64,000 nt of DNA from Felis catus (lineage: Eukaryota), in the NCBI RefSeq assembly GCF_018350175.1, contig NC_058377.1, positions 96,348,001 through 96,412,000 on the forward strand. The letters are read 5' to 3'. The position numbers were made by a program, and so were the translations under genes. Positions 12,779 to 24,692 of this stretch are shown piece by piece; position 1 is the first letter of the stretch; each line of letters begins with the position of its first letter. The notes below the pieces were generated by a model. It saw only the letters and a program-made list of their open reading frames with translations, had not been told where the DNA came from and did not search any database.

Positions 12779-13294
12779 ATGAGTCATCGATTAGGCATGT
12801 TCCGTATGCCCTCTGCCCAGATGAGGGGTCAGGGCCTCAGAAACCAGAGAATCCACACCCACCTGATGGAGATGATGCTGAACTTGAAGCAGACCATAGA
12901 GAAGAACCTCATGCACCTAATGACCAGGCACCTGCAGCAGGACCTGGTGCTGGAGGAGCAGAGGCACAGTCAGGCCACCAGCGAGCAGGAAGCCCTCCTG
13001 GGCCGCTTAATGTACCAGTTGGTCAACCTCCTACAGTCTGGGGCCATGGGTGGCCTAGGGCTCCAACCGTCTTGCCCTTCCCTGGACGTTAGGTGTGATG
13101 TCAGAGGTGGGCAGTGGGCCCAGTCCTCCAGGCAGCCTGACTGGCCAGTTCACCAACTGAGTGATCTTGAAGCTACATTTGTCAGCCAGCACCTGTCCAG
13201 CCGTGGGATGGACATCTCTGCCTTATACCACTCCAGCTTCCAGGACTACAATATCTACCAAAGAGACAAATACCACGAGGACAAGAACACCATG
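12779..13294 (+). CDS. ACCSL: ACCSL coding exon 1 (MSHRLG...DKNTM)
   Basis: ORF 12779; 3' end LSSRG...YHEDKN aligns with ACCS LSSRG...YDEDKN; donor ATG|gtgagg; upstream acceptor ctttctctgcag ends 12737. Confidence 0.9.
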
Positions 13295-16200
13295 GTGAGG
13301 ATGAGGGCAGGGGGAGACACCTATTCAAGGGCCCCAATCACTAGGGTTGACTGAGTCCTGTGCCAAGTACTGGGCTCTCTTACTCTTCTTAGCTCCGTAA
13401 AGTAGATGCTATTGTCGTCTTATAGATAAGGGAATGGGCACAGAAACAAGGTGACATGGCTAATAAAATTAAGAGCTGTGTCTGAGTCCCCTGCCTTCCA
13501 GTTCCCCCAGACTCCCGCCACCCCCCCGCAGCCTGCTTTCCCTGAGTCCATGCTCTTCCCCACTAGGAGTCACTGTGGTCAAAGTGGTAAGCAGACATGC
13601 CCTCATGGAACTCAGTCTAGTGATGAATGTAGTCAGCCATTGGGGAAAGGAACATGAATAATAATTCCAAGTGTACAAGGGGTTGCCTGATTCGGGTGGT
13701 CTAAGGTGTCTTAAAGACTGAATCAGCCAGCCATATGGTAGAGGTGGTGAGAGGGGGCACCTCTAGGTAGGAGGAACTACATGTGTGAAAGCTTCGTGGT
13801 GGGAAGAGCTGGGAGTGATAAGGGAAAGGCTAGGTTGGGGGAAATGAGTGCTGTGACGAGGTGTGGATGGGGGCAGGCCATTGTGAGGTGTTGGGATGGT
13901 ATCCTAAGTGTTAGGGAGCCAACAAGAGACTTCCAGCAAGGGAGGTTCACTACAGCTCTCCAGCCAAAGGATGGAGGACAGTGCTAGTCAAACCTTCTTT
14001 TCTGTTTCTAGCTAAGTGATGTGTGGTCAATGGCCATCTGCTTCTCTGGGGACCAACTGAGCCCAGTATCTCCACTGGACTCTGAGGGACCATATCTCCT
14101 CCAATAAGTTGAAGGGCCCTCTCATGGAAGCAGAGATGGGTATGAGGCAGGTACTGGGTCAGGCAGGTGGGTTCTGCCCATGGCTGTGGTCACGTGGCTA
14201 GTAGGTTATTCAATCTTTCTGAGATTCACTCTCTTTAAATCATGTGCTAGGGTCTGGCACATGATAAGAACTCAGCGACTGGTATCTGGTATAGAAGTAC
14301 TATGTGGCTCTGAAGGGGAAAACTTGCAAGCTGTAAGATTTTTGGGTGTGTGAAAGTTTTCTAGCACTTGAAGTTGTTAAACATGGATTGAACTGCCTCA
14401 TGGGGCAGTGAGATTTCCATTTGAAATAACCTAGGATGAGTATTTACTAGAATGTTTAAGGAGGCCCATATAGGGCAGGGCAAATGGACTGATCTCAGAT
14501 TCCTTCCATCTCCAGGGCTACATTAACCTTGGACTCAGTGAGAATAAGCTCTGCCTCGATCTGATGACTGAACGGGTAAGCCAAGCCCTGTGCTATGCTG
14601 GGACCCGCCATCGGGCCTAGTCCCACTAGAATGTTTCTTAGCAAGTGGCAGATACAGGAGTTGGACTTAGGAGTTTGGGGAAAGAAGGGAGAAAAGAGCT
14701 TCTAGAATAGCACATCTAACCTTCTGGCTTACTGACTGTGTTTGGAGGTGTGCTGTGGACGGGTATATGGTGGGTAGGCTGCCAAGGGAGCCTCTGGCCC
14801 TGTAGGGCCATCAGACACTCCCCAGTGATTCTCTATTTGTATAGTCTATGACAAGATCGGGCTTCCATTCATTAAGGGGCATGTTTCCCTGTTCGTCTTC
14901 TGTCAGGCCCTGTGTTGTAGGGCAAACACCCAGATGTGTCTGAGCCGTGGGATGAGACCTGTTGGGCTTCCTTGGGCTGGCTGTCCTCATGCTCTGTTTG
15001 TCCACAGTTGAGTCAGAGTGATATGAACTACATTGAGGATGACTTGCTGCAATATCCTGATTGGAGAGGGCAACCATTGTAAGTAACTTCCAGATCTAAA
15101 GTCTCTTGGCCCCTAGACACCTGCTCTCATCCAGGGAAGGACCCAAAGCACCAGATTCTTGGTTGGCTACCTCCCTATTTCTTTGGGTAACAACTTCTAC
15201 AAAATATCTAGAGCGAAACCTCATCAGGAGCCTGGTGTCATAGAAATAACAGTGCCCTATAATTCAAAAGGCTTGATTTCTTGTCTCAACTCTCATACTT
15301 CTTGTCTGTGTCGCCTGGGGAGTTGATCGCCTCAGTCAGTAACCTGTAACATGAGGTTGGATACCTTACTCTTTGGAAAAGACTGTAGTCTAGATCCCGA
15401 ATGAGGAAGGGCCCCTGGGCCCGGGCACCACAAAGTCTCTCTGGGTTTGTCCACAGCCTGCGAGAAGAGGTGGCCCGGTTCCTGACCTACTACTGCAAGG
15501 TACCTGACCAGCTTGATCCAGAAAATGTGAGTCAGTTTCCCACCCTCACTGCCCCCTTGGTAGAGGGCTTTATTCTTGGGGGACTCTTTTGTATTTTCTA
15601 GAACGATTAGAGACCCTCAGGGCCAGGACAGAGGAAAGGCCAATGGATAAGGCCAGTGGATAACCAGATAAAGAGGTTCCTGATACCCGTCCTAGGGGGA
15701 GGGAGAGAAAAGGGCTAGACCTTCTTATATGGGGGATGGGTTTTGATTTCTGTCTTCTGTGCATCTTCAGGTAGTTGTTCTAAATGGCTGCTCCTCTGTA
15801 TTCTCCACACTGGCCATGGTTCTTTGTGATCCAGGGGGTAAGTTAATGGGCTTTGCTTTCCCTCTGGGAAATAGCAGCACAATGGGCACTGGACCTTAGG
15901 GAAGAAGAATATCTTGACCCAAGGCCTTTCCCCTAAAGTACTGGGACTTCTACATTGATCAGAACATCTTCCTACTATTTCTGTAGTAGCGGGAGATTTG
16001 GGTCCCCATTTAATATGGGAGGAAAACGTGTGATGGTCCTCAGTGAGTTATGCTTTAGAAATAGTGACAATGGGAGCCAATTCAGTATATTCTTAGCTGG
16101 GCTTCTGGACTCAACTCCAATGCAGAGAGCCCTGGCAAACTGGCTCACAAGATAGNNNNNNNNNNNNNNNNNNNNNNNNNNNNNNNNNNNNNNNNNNNNN

Positions 16201-19200
16201 NNNNNNNNNNNNNNNNNNNNNNNNNNNNNNNNNNNNNNNNNNNNNNNNNNNNNNNNNNNNNNNNNNNNNNNNNNNNNNNNNNNNNNNNNNNNNNNNNNNN
16301 NNNNCAAGGCTGAGGGATCTGTTCTTGGTCTCCCTCCTAACAACACCCAAACAAGAGTCTCAGATCTTGATGAGCTCTGGCTGCATAGAAGGAAGTTACC
16401 AAGATGGCGGTTTCATTCAAAGGAGTGAGTCCTTGGTTTGCTCATCAATGAGGCCAAAGGAACGGGAAGAAAAGAACCCATGGGTTCACCAAGTCTAGGT
16501 AACCTGAGCCATGCAGAGAGATGAGCGCCCTCTCTGGGCACAGACCTCAGCCTCTTGTGTTCCTACTAGAGCTGGTAAGACTCAGTGGATGACTAGCATT
16601 TCACCTGTTAGCAAGCCTATTTTGGTTTGTAACCTGGATTCTGAGCCATTCATAGCAATATTCTTCCCCTTCTCCTTCTCTAGTATACCCCCAAAGAAGA
16701 AACTTCTCTAGTGTCCCCCAAATAACATTTATAAGAATGCAACTTTTATAGAGCCTGAGCCCAAAAGCATTAAGCCCCAAGCAGGATGGATTGCCAAACT
16801 AACCTTCTCTGTCTATAGTGTTGCTGCTGGTCTAGGGGGCCTGGCGTGTTCTGACGGGGAGACCATGGACTGACGACTTTGTCTCCCTGTGCTTCCAGAG
16901 GCCTTTCTGATTCCTGCCCCCTCTTATGGTGGCTTCGCCTTTAGTGCCTGCCTGTATTCGAAGGTTGAGCTGATTCTTGTCCACCTGGACAGTGAGGTCA
17001 GAATGGGGACCCTTCCCCCTGCTTAGCCCACCTAGGCAATGGAAGGTCTCTAGGGCATTTGGAAGGTGTAGGGGAACTCTCTTTCCTCCTATATAAGTGA
17101 CAGTGGGAGGAGATGGAGAAATTAGAGCAAAGAAGACATGTGGGGCTGCAGCCCTGGGCATGAAGCATTGTTCAGTGTCTGTGGGATGAGGAACTAAGGC
17201 TCAGAAGCTTTCCGGTAGGCAGTTCTCAGACAGCGTTTGTCTTCCAGGTCACAGATGCAAATCTCCATCCTTTCCAGCTCACTGTGGACAAGATGGAGCA
17301 AGCTCTACTTGAGGCTAGGCTTACAGTAAGGAGGGACCTCTGTCTTCAGGGTGGGCACTGCTGTCCCTGAGAAGGGTTGAGGACTGAGACCCGGTACAAC
17401 CTTCTCACCACGGTGGTGTGGGCTCCTTCGGAAGAAGCAGTGTCCCAGGGGCCATGTCCCCCTGGGAGCCCTGAGCCTTGTCTATGGCAGCCCCCAGAGC
17501 TCCTTCTGGGGCTGCATGTTCAAGATCCCACCTAAAGGAGGTGAGATCCCAATGAGGCCTTGGTTGGGTGTCCATAATGGGGTGTCCTGATGTGACCTTT
17601 AGCTGAACTTCAGGTAGATGTGTAGGACTTGTGTTCACTCAGTTATGGTTTTTTATATTTTTTTTTTAGGGGAAAAAGGTCAGAGGCCTCATTCTAATCA
17701 ACCCTCAGAATCCTTTGGGAGACGTCTACTCTCGAGACTCACTACAAGAATACCTGGAGTTTGCCAAGAAGTAAGAGTTCCACCCCTCAAGACTACACAA
17801 AGTCCCTTAACAATGTTCTGATCACTCACGGTCAAGAAGTCAGAACCAGACAAAACTTACTCCAATATTTTTACCGCACAGTATACTTTGCAAAGCTATG
17901 TAGAACTCACACTGAAATTGAAGGAAAAGGCGCCCACATGCTTCAACCCTACATTTTTGGGCCATTTTGCCTTTTTTCTTTTTTTTTCTTGCCCAGGTAC
18001 AGACACCTACATAACAATTATGATCTGGTTTTGTTGCTTTTCCAATTCTTGTTGTGTAACCACTCTCTCCCAGCATCCATTTCCCAAACTACTTGGCCTG
18101 AGGTGCTGAGAAAGACAGACTTTCAGACCTTGTGGGGTGAAGATGTGTCCCCAGAGAACCCTCATGTCCCATTCCTACAAACATGTTGACATCCGCCATC
18201 TCTGGAGTTCTGAAATAGCCCTATTGTTTAGGGTACCTAATCTCCCATTTTCCAGAAGAAACACTTATTCAAATTTCATAACTCTAATCCAGACCAATTC
18301 ATGGCAGAGCAGGAGGACAAGAGGATGAACACTGGAAGTCCGTGGGCTGGAATTTGACAAAACTAGGTTCAAATCCCAGCTCTAGCATCTGCTGATTGAG
18401 GAAATGAACTGTATCTCAGAAACTGTTTCTTCATCTGTGAGATGGAGATACCACCACTGCTTCAGAGGGTTGTTGGGAAAATAAACAAGATGATGTGCAT
18501 TAGCACTGAGCCCACTGAATGCCACTACTCAGTTCGGACCCTGGGTGGGAGCTCCCTGACTACACCAGATATAAAACTCTTTGGGACACCCAGCCCTCCT
18601 CGTTGGTCTCTGCTTTACAGTTGAAGGGTTAGATGTTCTCCTGAGTGTCTTTGGGTCCTCTTTCTTCCTACCCCCGAGCCGGGTCTAAAGACCCCTTCTG
18701 GTGGCCACCCCCTTCTACCTTGCCATGCGGCTTGGAAGGGTTGGATGGGCTGCTGGAGAAGTAGGAGTAGCTGATCTGTGTCCAGAGAAGACCATAAAAG
18801 AAAATGAGTTGAGATTGGAGAGCGCCTAGACATTCTCCTTCTTTTACCCAACCTGCAGGTACCACCTTCATGTAATTATAGATGAGATTTACATGCTGTC
18901 TGTGTTTGATGAATTCATCACATTCCACAGTGTTTTGAGCATGGAAAGGTGAGTTGGCCTCAGCTGTTGGGAATGAGAGCCAGGAGGTTCCTGCTTTTAC
19001 AGGGTGAGTTCATGTGCCATAAACTTTACCAGCTATGTGCTAGGAAAAGGGCTAAGTGCCACTGGGAGTGTGAAAATGAGCAAAGCATCATCTTTCCTCT
19101 CAAGTGTCTTTAAGTTTATTTATTTTGAGAGAGAGGATGTGAGTGGGGGAGGGGAAGAGAGAGGGAGAGCAAGAATCCCAAGCAGGCTCCACGCTGTCAG

Positions 19201-22200
19201 CACAGAGCCTGATGTGGAGCTTGAACTCATGAACTGTGAGATCATAACCAGACCTGAAATCCAGAGTTGGATGCTTAATCGACTGAGCCCCTCAGGTGCC
19301 CCCCAGGTGTCTTTTTTAAATGCCATTTTGTACATGAGATAACTTGACAGCATGGTAGAAAGGTTACTGTCAACATAAAGCCCTACAGAAGGTCAGGGAG
19401 GAACTTCTTGATAAGCAGTACACAGGGAGAGAATAGAAATAGGGGGAAACTTTTTAAAAAATTTTTATTTTGAGAGAGATTGAGTGAGCACGAGCAGCGG
19501 AGGGGCAGAGAGAGAGGGAGAGAGAGAGAATCCCAAGCAGGCTTGGTGCTGATAGCACAGAGCTAAATGCAGGGCTTGATCTCATGAACCATGAGACCAT
19601 GACTTGAGCTGAAATCAAGAGTTGGATGCTTAACTGACTGAGCCACCCAGGCACCCCAAGGCAAAACTTTCTTAAGGATAGTATATGGCCCTAAGATAGG
19701 ATCCCAGCAGCCAAAGCAAGGCAAGGGCATGCCCAGCAGAAGGAACAGCTTCACCAAAAATGGGACAATAAGAAATAGGTGAGCACATTTTAGAAACAAT
19801 GGGTGGCCCATATGTGTGAAGAGCTAACTGCTAAAAAGGTGGCTTTGGACCAGCTACAGGAAGGCCACCAGCCAGGCTGAGGGTCCTGGACTTCGTTCAG
19901 TGGGCGCTTGGGAGTTGTCCCATCTCGTTCGCCAGTGATACCTGTTGTTGATTTCTTGGCTTAACTGGGGCAACTGTTTCTTGAACTTTGGGCCCTGCAG
20001 GCCTTTTTGTGTAGGAAGGACCTCAAGTCCATTTTCCCCTTCTTACCCGCATTGACCCCAAGTCTTCATTCTTCACATACTTCTTCATAACCATGATTGT
20101 ACTGTCTCCTCTCCAGTTTGCCTGACCCCAACAGGACCCATGTGATCTGGGGCACCAGTAAGGTGAGCCCCAGCTTCCTGTCTTTGGGTAGGAAAGGAAA
20201 GGGAGCCAGGAGGTGGGCAGACCAGGTATTCCTTCCCCTACTTCTTTTCCTCTAGGATTTCGGCATCTCTGGCTTCCGCTTTGGTGTTCTCTACACCCAC
20301 AACAGGGAGGTGGCGTCTGCTGTGAGCTCTTTTGGCTACCTCCATGGCATTTCTGGCATTGCCCAGCATAAGTTGTGCCGGCTGCTCCAGGACAGAGGTA
20401 CTGAGTGCCATCCCGGGCTGGGATCTTGGCTAGACTCCATGGCCATGGGGATTCCTGGGTCTGCTTGGGCCTCTGATGTATGTCTAAAACACTGAGACTC
20501 TGTTTGCTGTCTTGGGCTCAGTGGTGGCAGGACAGGAAGTTTTGAAGAAGGGCAGGATGTGGCTCTGATAGTGTAGTAGGGCAGAGATGGAAGACGGAGC
20601 TGCTGGTCTGAAACGTAGATGGGCCTTGTGTCTAACTGTCTGGGAGCTCATGCTCTGCCTGGACAGGGATAGTCAGATTGTACTCTAAGGCTTGAAAGCC
20701 CAAAATTCACCTTTATGTGGAGGTCAGTTTTCCCTCCCCAGTGCCCTGCTTGCTTTAGGCAAAGCTTACAAAGAAATGCCATGACTCCTTGAATATGACT
20801 TGACTTCATCATCTAAGGTGGCCAAAGGAGGGCTGCCATTTGGGCAAGTTGGTGTGGCTAGATCTATGGCACCTGGATTCAACTTCCTCCGTGGATCACA
20901 AGTGAATACTGGCTTCAGAGGAAACACCCCCCCCACCCCCTCTGTCTAATGCCATGGCCCAAACTTAGATAAGGCCCTCTCTCTTTAATTCCCTATAACA
21001 GAGCAGATGCCAGGCTGGAGGATTTAAATTAAAAGCTGCTATATAATGTTACAAATGAATGTAATTCAATAATCTGGTTTAGAGACACTGTCTTTCAGCT
21101 TTGGCAGGGGGAAAGGGGCAGATAGGAGAAATCCAAGCAGATATCTCTGGTGGATGGTGCCAGGCCCTTTTGATATTTGGCAGAAACCAGGTTCCTAGCC
21201 CCTCGAACACTAGTTCTCAGCCTTCGACACATGGGAACTGTCTGGGGAGCTTAAATGCTGATATATGGGTGTTCTCCCCCAAGATTCTGATTTAGATGAT
21301 CTAGAGCTATAACCTGGGCATCAGGACTTTTAAAAGCTCCCCAAGCATATCTAGATTTCTCAAAGTCTGCTGCGTGAGGCTCTGAGGCAGGAGGTAAGGA
21401 GGGCTCTGATTATCTGCTACTTGCCCAGTTGACAATAGCAACCTAAGTCTCACTTAGGGGGTACCCTGACTCTTTGTATCAGGGGTGTAAATCCAAATAG
21501 AACATCCCTACCAGACTATTGAGAAGCCTGATATCTCTACCCCGGCTCTACGTAAGTGATGGGTGTGTTGGGGATAAAGGTCATCAAATATAATACAGAG
21601 TCAGTCTTGAATAGGAACAGCTGGCACAAAGCCCAGGTAGGGAGCCTTGGGTAAGGATCCCTCTGGCAGATCTCTGCCACAGGCCCTGTGACAGCGGTCT
21701 TTCCCCACCCATCCAGAGTGGATTGACAAAGTATACCTGCCCACCTACCGCTCCCGGCTGCAGATAGCTCACGGATACATGACCAAGAAGTTGGAGGCAT
21801 TAGGGATCCCTTTTCTCAACCGTGGCTCTGGCCTCTACATCTGGATGAACTTGAAAATGGTGAGCTCTGGGATGAGGCCCAGTGCCGTTGGGCAGACCTA
21901 CCGGTGGGTCCTGGGCTCAGCTCCGTCCTTCTGCCTGCCCTAGTACCTGGATCCGTGCACCTTTGAGGAAGAGCTGCTCCTGCATCGCCGCTTCCTGGAC
22001 AACAAGCTGATATTGTCCCGTGGCAGGACCTACATGTGCAAGGAGCCCGGCTGGTTCCGTATCACCTTTGCGGACAAGCCCCTCCTGCTAAAACAAGGTG
22101 AATGGTCCTGACCTCCAAATCCTGGCATCCTTCAAAGATCCCTCACCAACTCCTCTGTCACCTGATTCCTGAATCTTCCTGTTTTTGGCCTTTAGCAGCC

Positions 22201-23203
22201 GATAGTGCTAGCCCTCCTATACCATCTGTTCCATTTTCCGTTTTTTTTTTTTTTAAATCTATTTTGAGAGAGACAGCGCAAGTGGGGGAGAGGCAGAGAG
22301 GGAAAGAGCGAGAATCCCAAGCAGGCTCTGCACTGTCAGCACAGCAGAGCCTGACTTGGGGCTCGAACTCATGAAACCTTGAGATCATGACCTGAGCCGA
22401 AACCAAGAGTTGGATGCTTAACCATCTGAGACACCCAGGTGCACCCCCCTTTCCTATCTCCTATTTCCCAAGCTCCTTTGCAAACAGGAACAGATAGGCA
22501 CTTGGAGGACACTGCGCCCTTTGGGTATCTGTTCTGTGCATGCATTGAGCAGGGCATTGGGACTATCAGCTAATCAGAAGCGGTACACTGCCCTTGTGCA
22601 GCCGTGGTTTGGTAGGTGAGACAGACGGAGGACCATGGAGGTCCCTGTACATTATACTGTGGTGTTTCAGATTCTCCTCTGAAGGTTATGGAGAACATGA
22701 CCTTTATTTCACCAACTTTTTTATTGCGTCTCTCCACATACCAGACACTCTTCTACCTGCTGGGAATAGGAGTGTTAACGAGAGAACGTTTATGTTACAG
22801 AAACATCTTTTAGAGCATGGACTGAGCCAAAGGACACTAGAGGCAGATAGAAACCCTGATGAGGACAAAGCTATAAGCCAGGTTACAGGATCGGAGATAT
22901 GAAGGTGTCTGGCAGGTGGATGCTGTGATAACGAAGCTTAGCAAGAGACCCTGGGGAGGCGGCAGGTAGACTGGGAAATCTGTCCCAAAGAAGGGAGGAT
23001 TGAACTTCAGCATCCCTGAACGAGGGGCTCTGTGGTGGTCTGCCATGATCTAGGGATGTCTGGAACCCACCCGCAAGCCCATTAAGTCTTCATTTCTCTG
23101 TCCCCATTTGGACCCTCTAGCCATGCACCGGTTCTATCAGGTGCTCTCGGAGCAGAAGCAGGATCTGATCATGAAGCAACTGGAGAATGCACAGAGAGAG
23201 TAA
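12779..23203 (+). CDS. ACCSL: ACC synthase-like protein 2 (ACCSL), 14 coding exons, 572 aa, PLP-dependent class I/II aminotransferase fold
   Basis: Manual GT-AG splicing of 12779-13294, 14516-14575, 15008-15078, 15457-15526, 15771-15837, 16899-16996, 17248-17325, 17670-17770, 18859-18948, 20117-20162, 20256-20397, 21717-21859, 21944-22097, 23121-23203 gives 1719 nt, phase-consistent and ending in TAA. Motifs GLSENKL, NPQNPLG, DEIY, WGTSKDFG, PGWFR. Lies upstream of ACCS and EXT2 as in other mammals. Confidence 0.95.
14516..14575 (+). CDS. ACCSL: ACCSL coding exon 2 (GYINLGLSENKLCLDLMTER)
   Basis: ccag| ... |gtaag, 60 nt, paralogous to ACCS 30982-31041. Confidence 0.93.
15008..15078 (+). CDS. 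ACCSL: ACCSL coding exon 3 (LSQSDMNYIEDDLLQYPDWRGQP)
   Basis: acag| ... |gtaag, 71 nt. Confidence 0.93.
15457..15526 (+). CDS. ACCSL: ACCSL coding exon 4 (LREEVARFLTYYCKVPDQLDPEN)
   Basis: acag| ... |gtgag, 70 nt. Confidence 0.93.
15771..15837 (+). CDS. ACCSL: ACCSL coding exon 5 (VVVLNGCSSVFSTLAMVLCDPG)
   Basis: tcag| ... |gtaag, 67 nt. Confidence 0.93.
16156..16304. other. Assembly gap (149 N) in ACCSL intron
   Basis: Run of N; flanking exon phases are consistent, so no coding exon is needed here. Confidence 0.99.
16899..16996 (+). CDS. ACCSL: ACCSL coding exon 6 (AFLIPAPSYGGF...HLDSE)
   Basis: ccag| ... |gtcag, 98 nt. Confidence 0.92.
17248..17325 (+). CDS. ACCSL: ACCSL coding exon 7 (VTDANLHPFQLTVDKMEQALLEARLT)
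   Basis: ccag| ... |gtaag, 78 nt. Confidence 0.92.
17670..17770 (+). CDS. ACCSL: ACCSL coding exon 8 (GKKVRGLILINPQNPLGDVY...FAK)
   Basis: ttttag| ... |gtaag, 101 nt, NPxNPLG motif. Confidence 0.94.
18859..18948 (+). CDS. ACCSL: ACCSL coding exon 9 (YHLHVIIDEIYMLSVF...)
   Basis: gcag| ... |gtgag, 90 nt, DEIY PLP-binding motif. Confidence 0.94.
19109..19303 (-). mobile_element. CAN-SINE in ACCSL intron
   Basis: Reverse-complement SINE, TSD ca(a/g)gtgtcttt. Confidence 0.88.
19451..19657 (-). mobile_element. CAN-SINE in ACCSL intron
   Basis: Ends ...gagccacccaggcacccc. Confidence 0.88.
20117..20162 (+). CDS. ACCSL: ACCSL coding exon 10 (LPDPNRTHVIWGTSK, PLP lysine)
   Basis: ccag| ... |gtgag, 46 nt. 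Confidence 0.93.
20256..20397 (+). CDS. ACCSL: ACCSL coding exon 11 (DFGISGFRFG...LLQDR)
   Basis: ctag| ... |gtact, 142 nt. Confidence 0.93.
21717..21859 (+). CDS. ACCSL: ACCSL coding exon 12 (WIDKVYLP...GLYIWMNLKM)
   Basis: ccag| ... |gtgag, 143 nt. Confidence 0.93.
21944..22097 (+). CDS. ACCSL: ACCSL coding exon 13 (YLDPCTFEEE...PGWFRITF...)
   Basis: ctag| ... |gtgaa, 154 nt, PGWFR motif. Confidence 0.93.
22241..22448 (-). mobile_element. CAN-SINE in last ACCSL intron
   Basis: T tail, GA-rich linker, reverse-complement head. Confidence 0.85.
23121..23203 (+). CDS. ACCSL: ACCSL last coding exon (MHRFYQVLSEQKQDLIMKQLENAQRE*)
   Basis: ctag| acceptor, phase matches previous exon, TAA at 23201-23203, parallels ACCS MQRVRQVL. 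Confidence 0.88.
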
Positions 23204-23495
23204 GTGGGCTGCCGCCAGTCACATGCTCAGGGCATCCCTGACATCAGCGTCTGGTCCAGAAGGCTGAGGGTTTTGGCCTGATGCTGTGACAGAGCCAACA
23301 AGGGGCTCTTCCAGGAATGGGCTCATCTGACCCAATCATCAATTTTCTCAAGCTGAGCATCTGTCGTTTTGGAAGCGTTGCACCTTTTTAGTCTTTGCTA
23401 GCCATTGTGTGCCTATGTGGAATGCTTTTACAGAGTTTGGGGTGGGAGCTTTCGGGGTCCCTGTTTTGATGGTTTTACTTTTGTATTTAGTATCT

Positions 23496-23501
23496 AATAA
23501 A
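23496..23501 (+). terminator. ACCSL polyadenylation signal AATAAA
   Basis: AATAAA about 290 nt after the stop, TGTA upstream and T-rich tract downstream. Confidence 0.7.
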
Positions 23502-24692
23502 TTTAATCTCTTAAACTCTAGGCCTATTTTATTTCTTTACATTCTTTTGTATCATCTTTGGGGGATTTTTTTTTTCATCCTTTTTAAATTCTAAGGCAGG
23601 TTATATGTGAAGAATACTACATGGGGAAGGTCAGAAAGGAGGAAAAAAAGCGATCTCTAATTGACAGAGCCCGTTCTAGCTGTCAGGATCCTATGAGACA
23701 CTGCATCCCATGAGATCAGGCCCACCTTACACCTGAGTGGGTAAGTGCAGGGTGGGGGCAAAATACCAGACATCCCTTCTTCCAAATAGGAGTTCTTTCC
23801 ATTTGCGCCCCGTTCAAGAGGCTTTTAGAATGAATCTCTGGCGATGAGCCTGGGATCTCCCAGTTTCATATCGGGTGTTTTCAGCTGTTGGAATCACATC
23901 ACCTGGGAGTTGCTCTGTAAAGCTCTTGGATATCTGCACTCTAGTTGGGGGACTGATGCTGTGAAACCGGCACAGCAGGGACTACCACGTTTTGTAGAGG
24001 ATAGAAGAGCTTTTAGCACCAATTGATAGCTTTGGTCGGTCACTTGGGTTTGTGATCTTCCTCCCTCTCTTGGGTCCAGAGTTGGTGGTTCTTGTTCTTC
24101 AATGACAATCTTTCTTCTTCTTCTTTTTTTTTTTTTTCTAATCATCAAAAAGTAGCATGCCAACAAATCCTGATTCTTCAGTTTTTTTTTTTTTTTTTTT
24201 AACTCCGGAAACTTTTTTTTTTTAAGAGAAATTGACTAATAAGGTAATGGACAAGGGGGAGTTCACTGTATGAATGAGGGAGCTCACAGGACCAGAGAGA
24301 AGATGAAGATCAGAACCACAAGTGCTCTTGGGATCTCTCTAAGGGACCTAATAGCGAGTCTCATCAGCACACTGTGCTGGGGCAAAAGGGGTGGTGACTT
24401 CCACGGAAGGGGTAGACTATTTCCGTCTTCATTTCCACTCAAGATTTGAATGGTTGAAGGGAGAGAATTTAATATCTCCCTATCTATGAGCATGGAGTCT
24501 CCTTCCATTTATTTAGGTCTCTAATTTCTCTCAGCAAGGTCTTTGTGGCTTTTAGTGTATGCATTTTGTTTTACACACGTTTTAAGTTTATCACTATCCT
24601 ATGCTTTTCATGTTCTGTTAAATGTATTGTTAACTTTATTTTCTAATCGTTGCTAGTATGAAACAGATGTTTGTATCTTGTATCAGGGGCTT

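Noticed and set aside
12779-23203. Possibility that ACCSL is a pseudogene or loses an exon in the 16156 gap
   Set aside because: All 14 coding exons are present, phase-consistent and size-matched to ACCS
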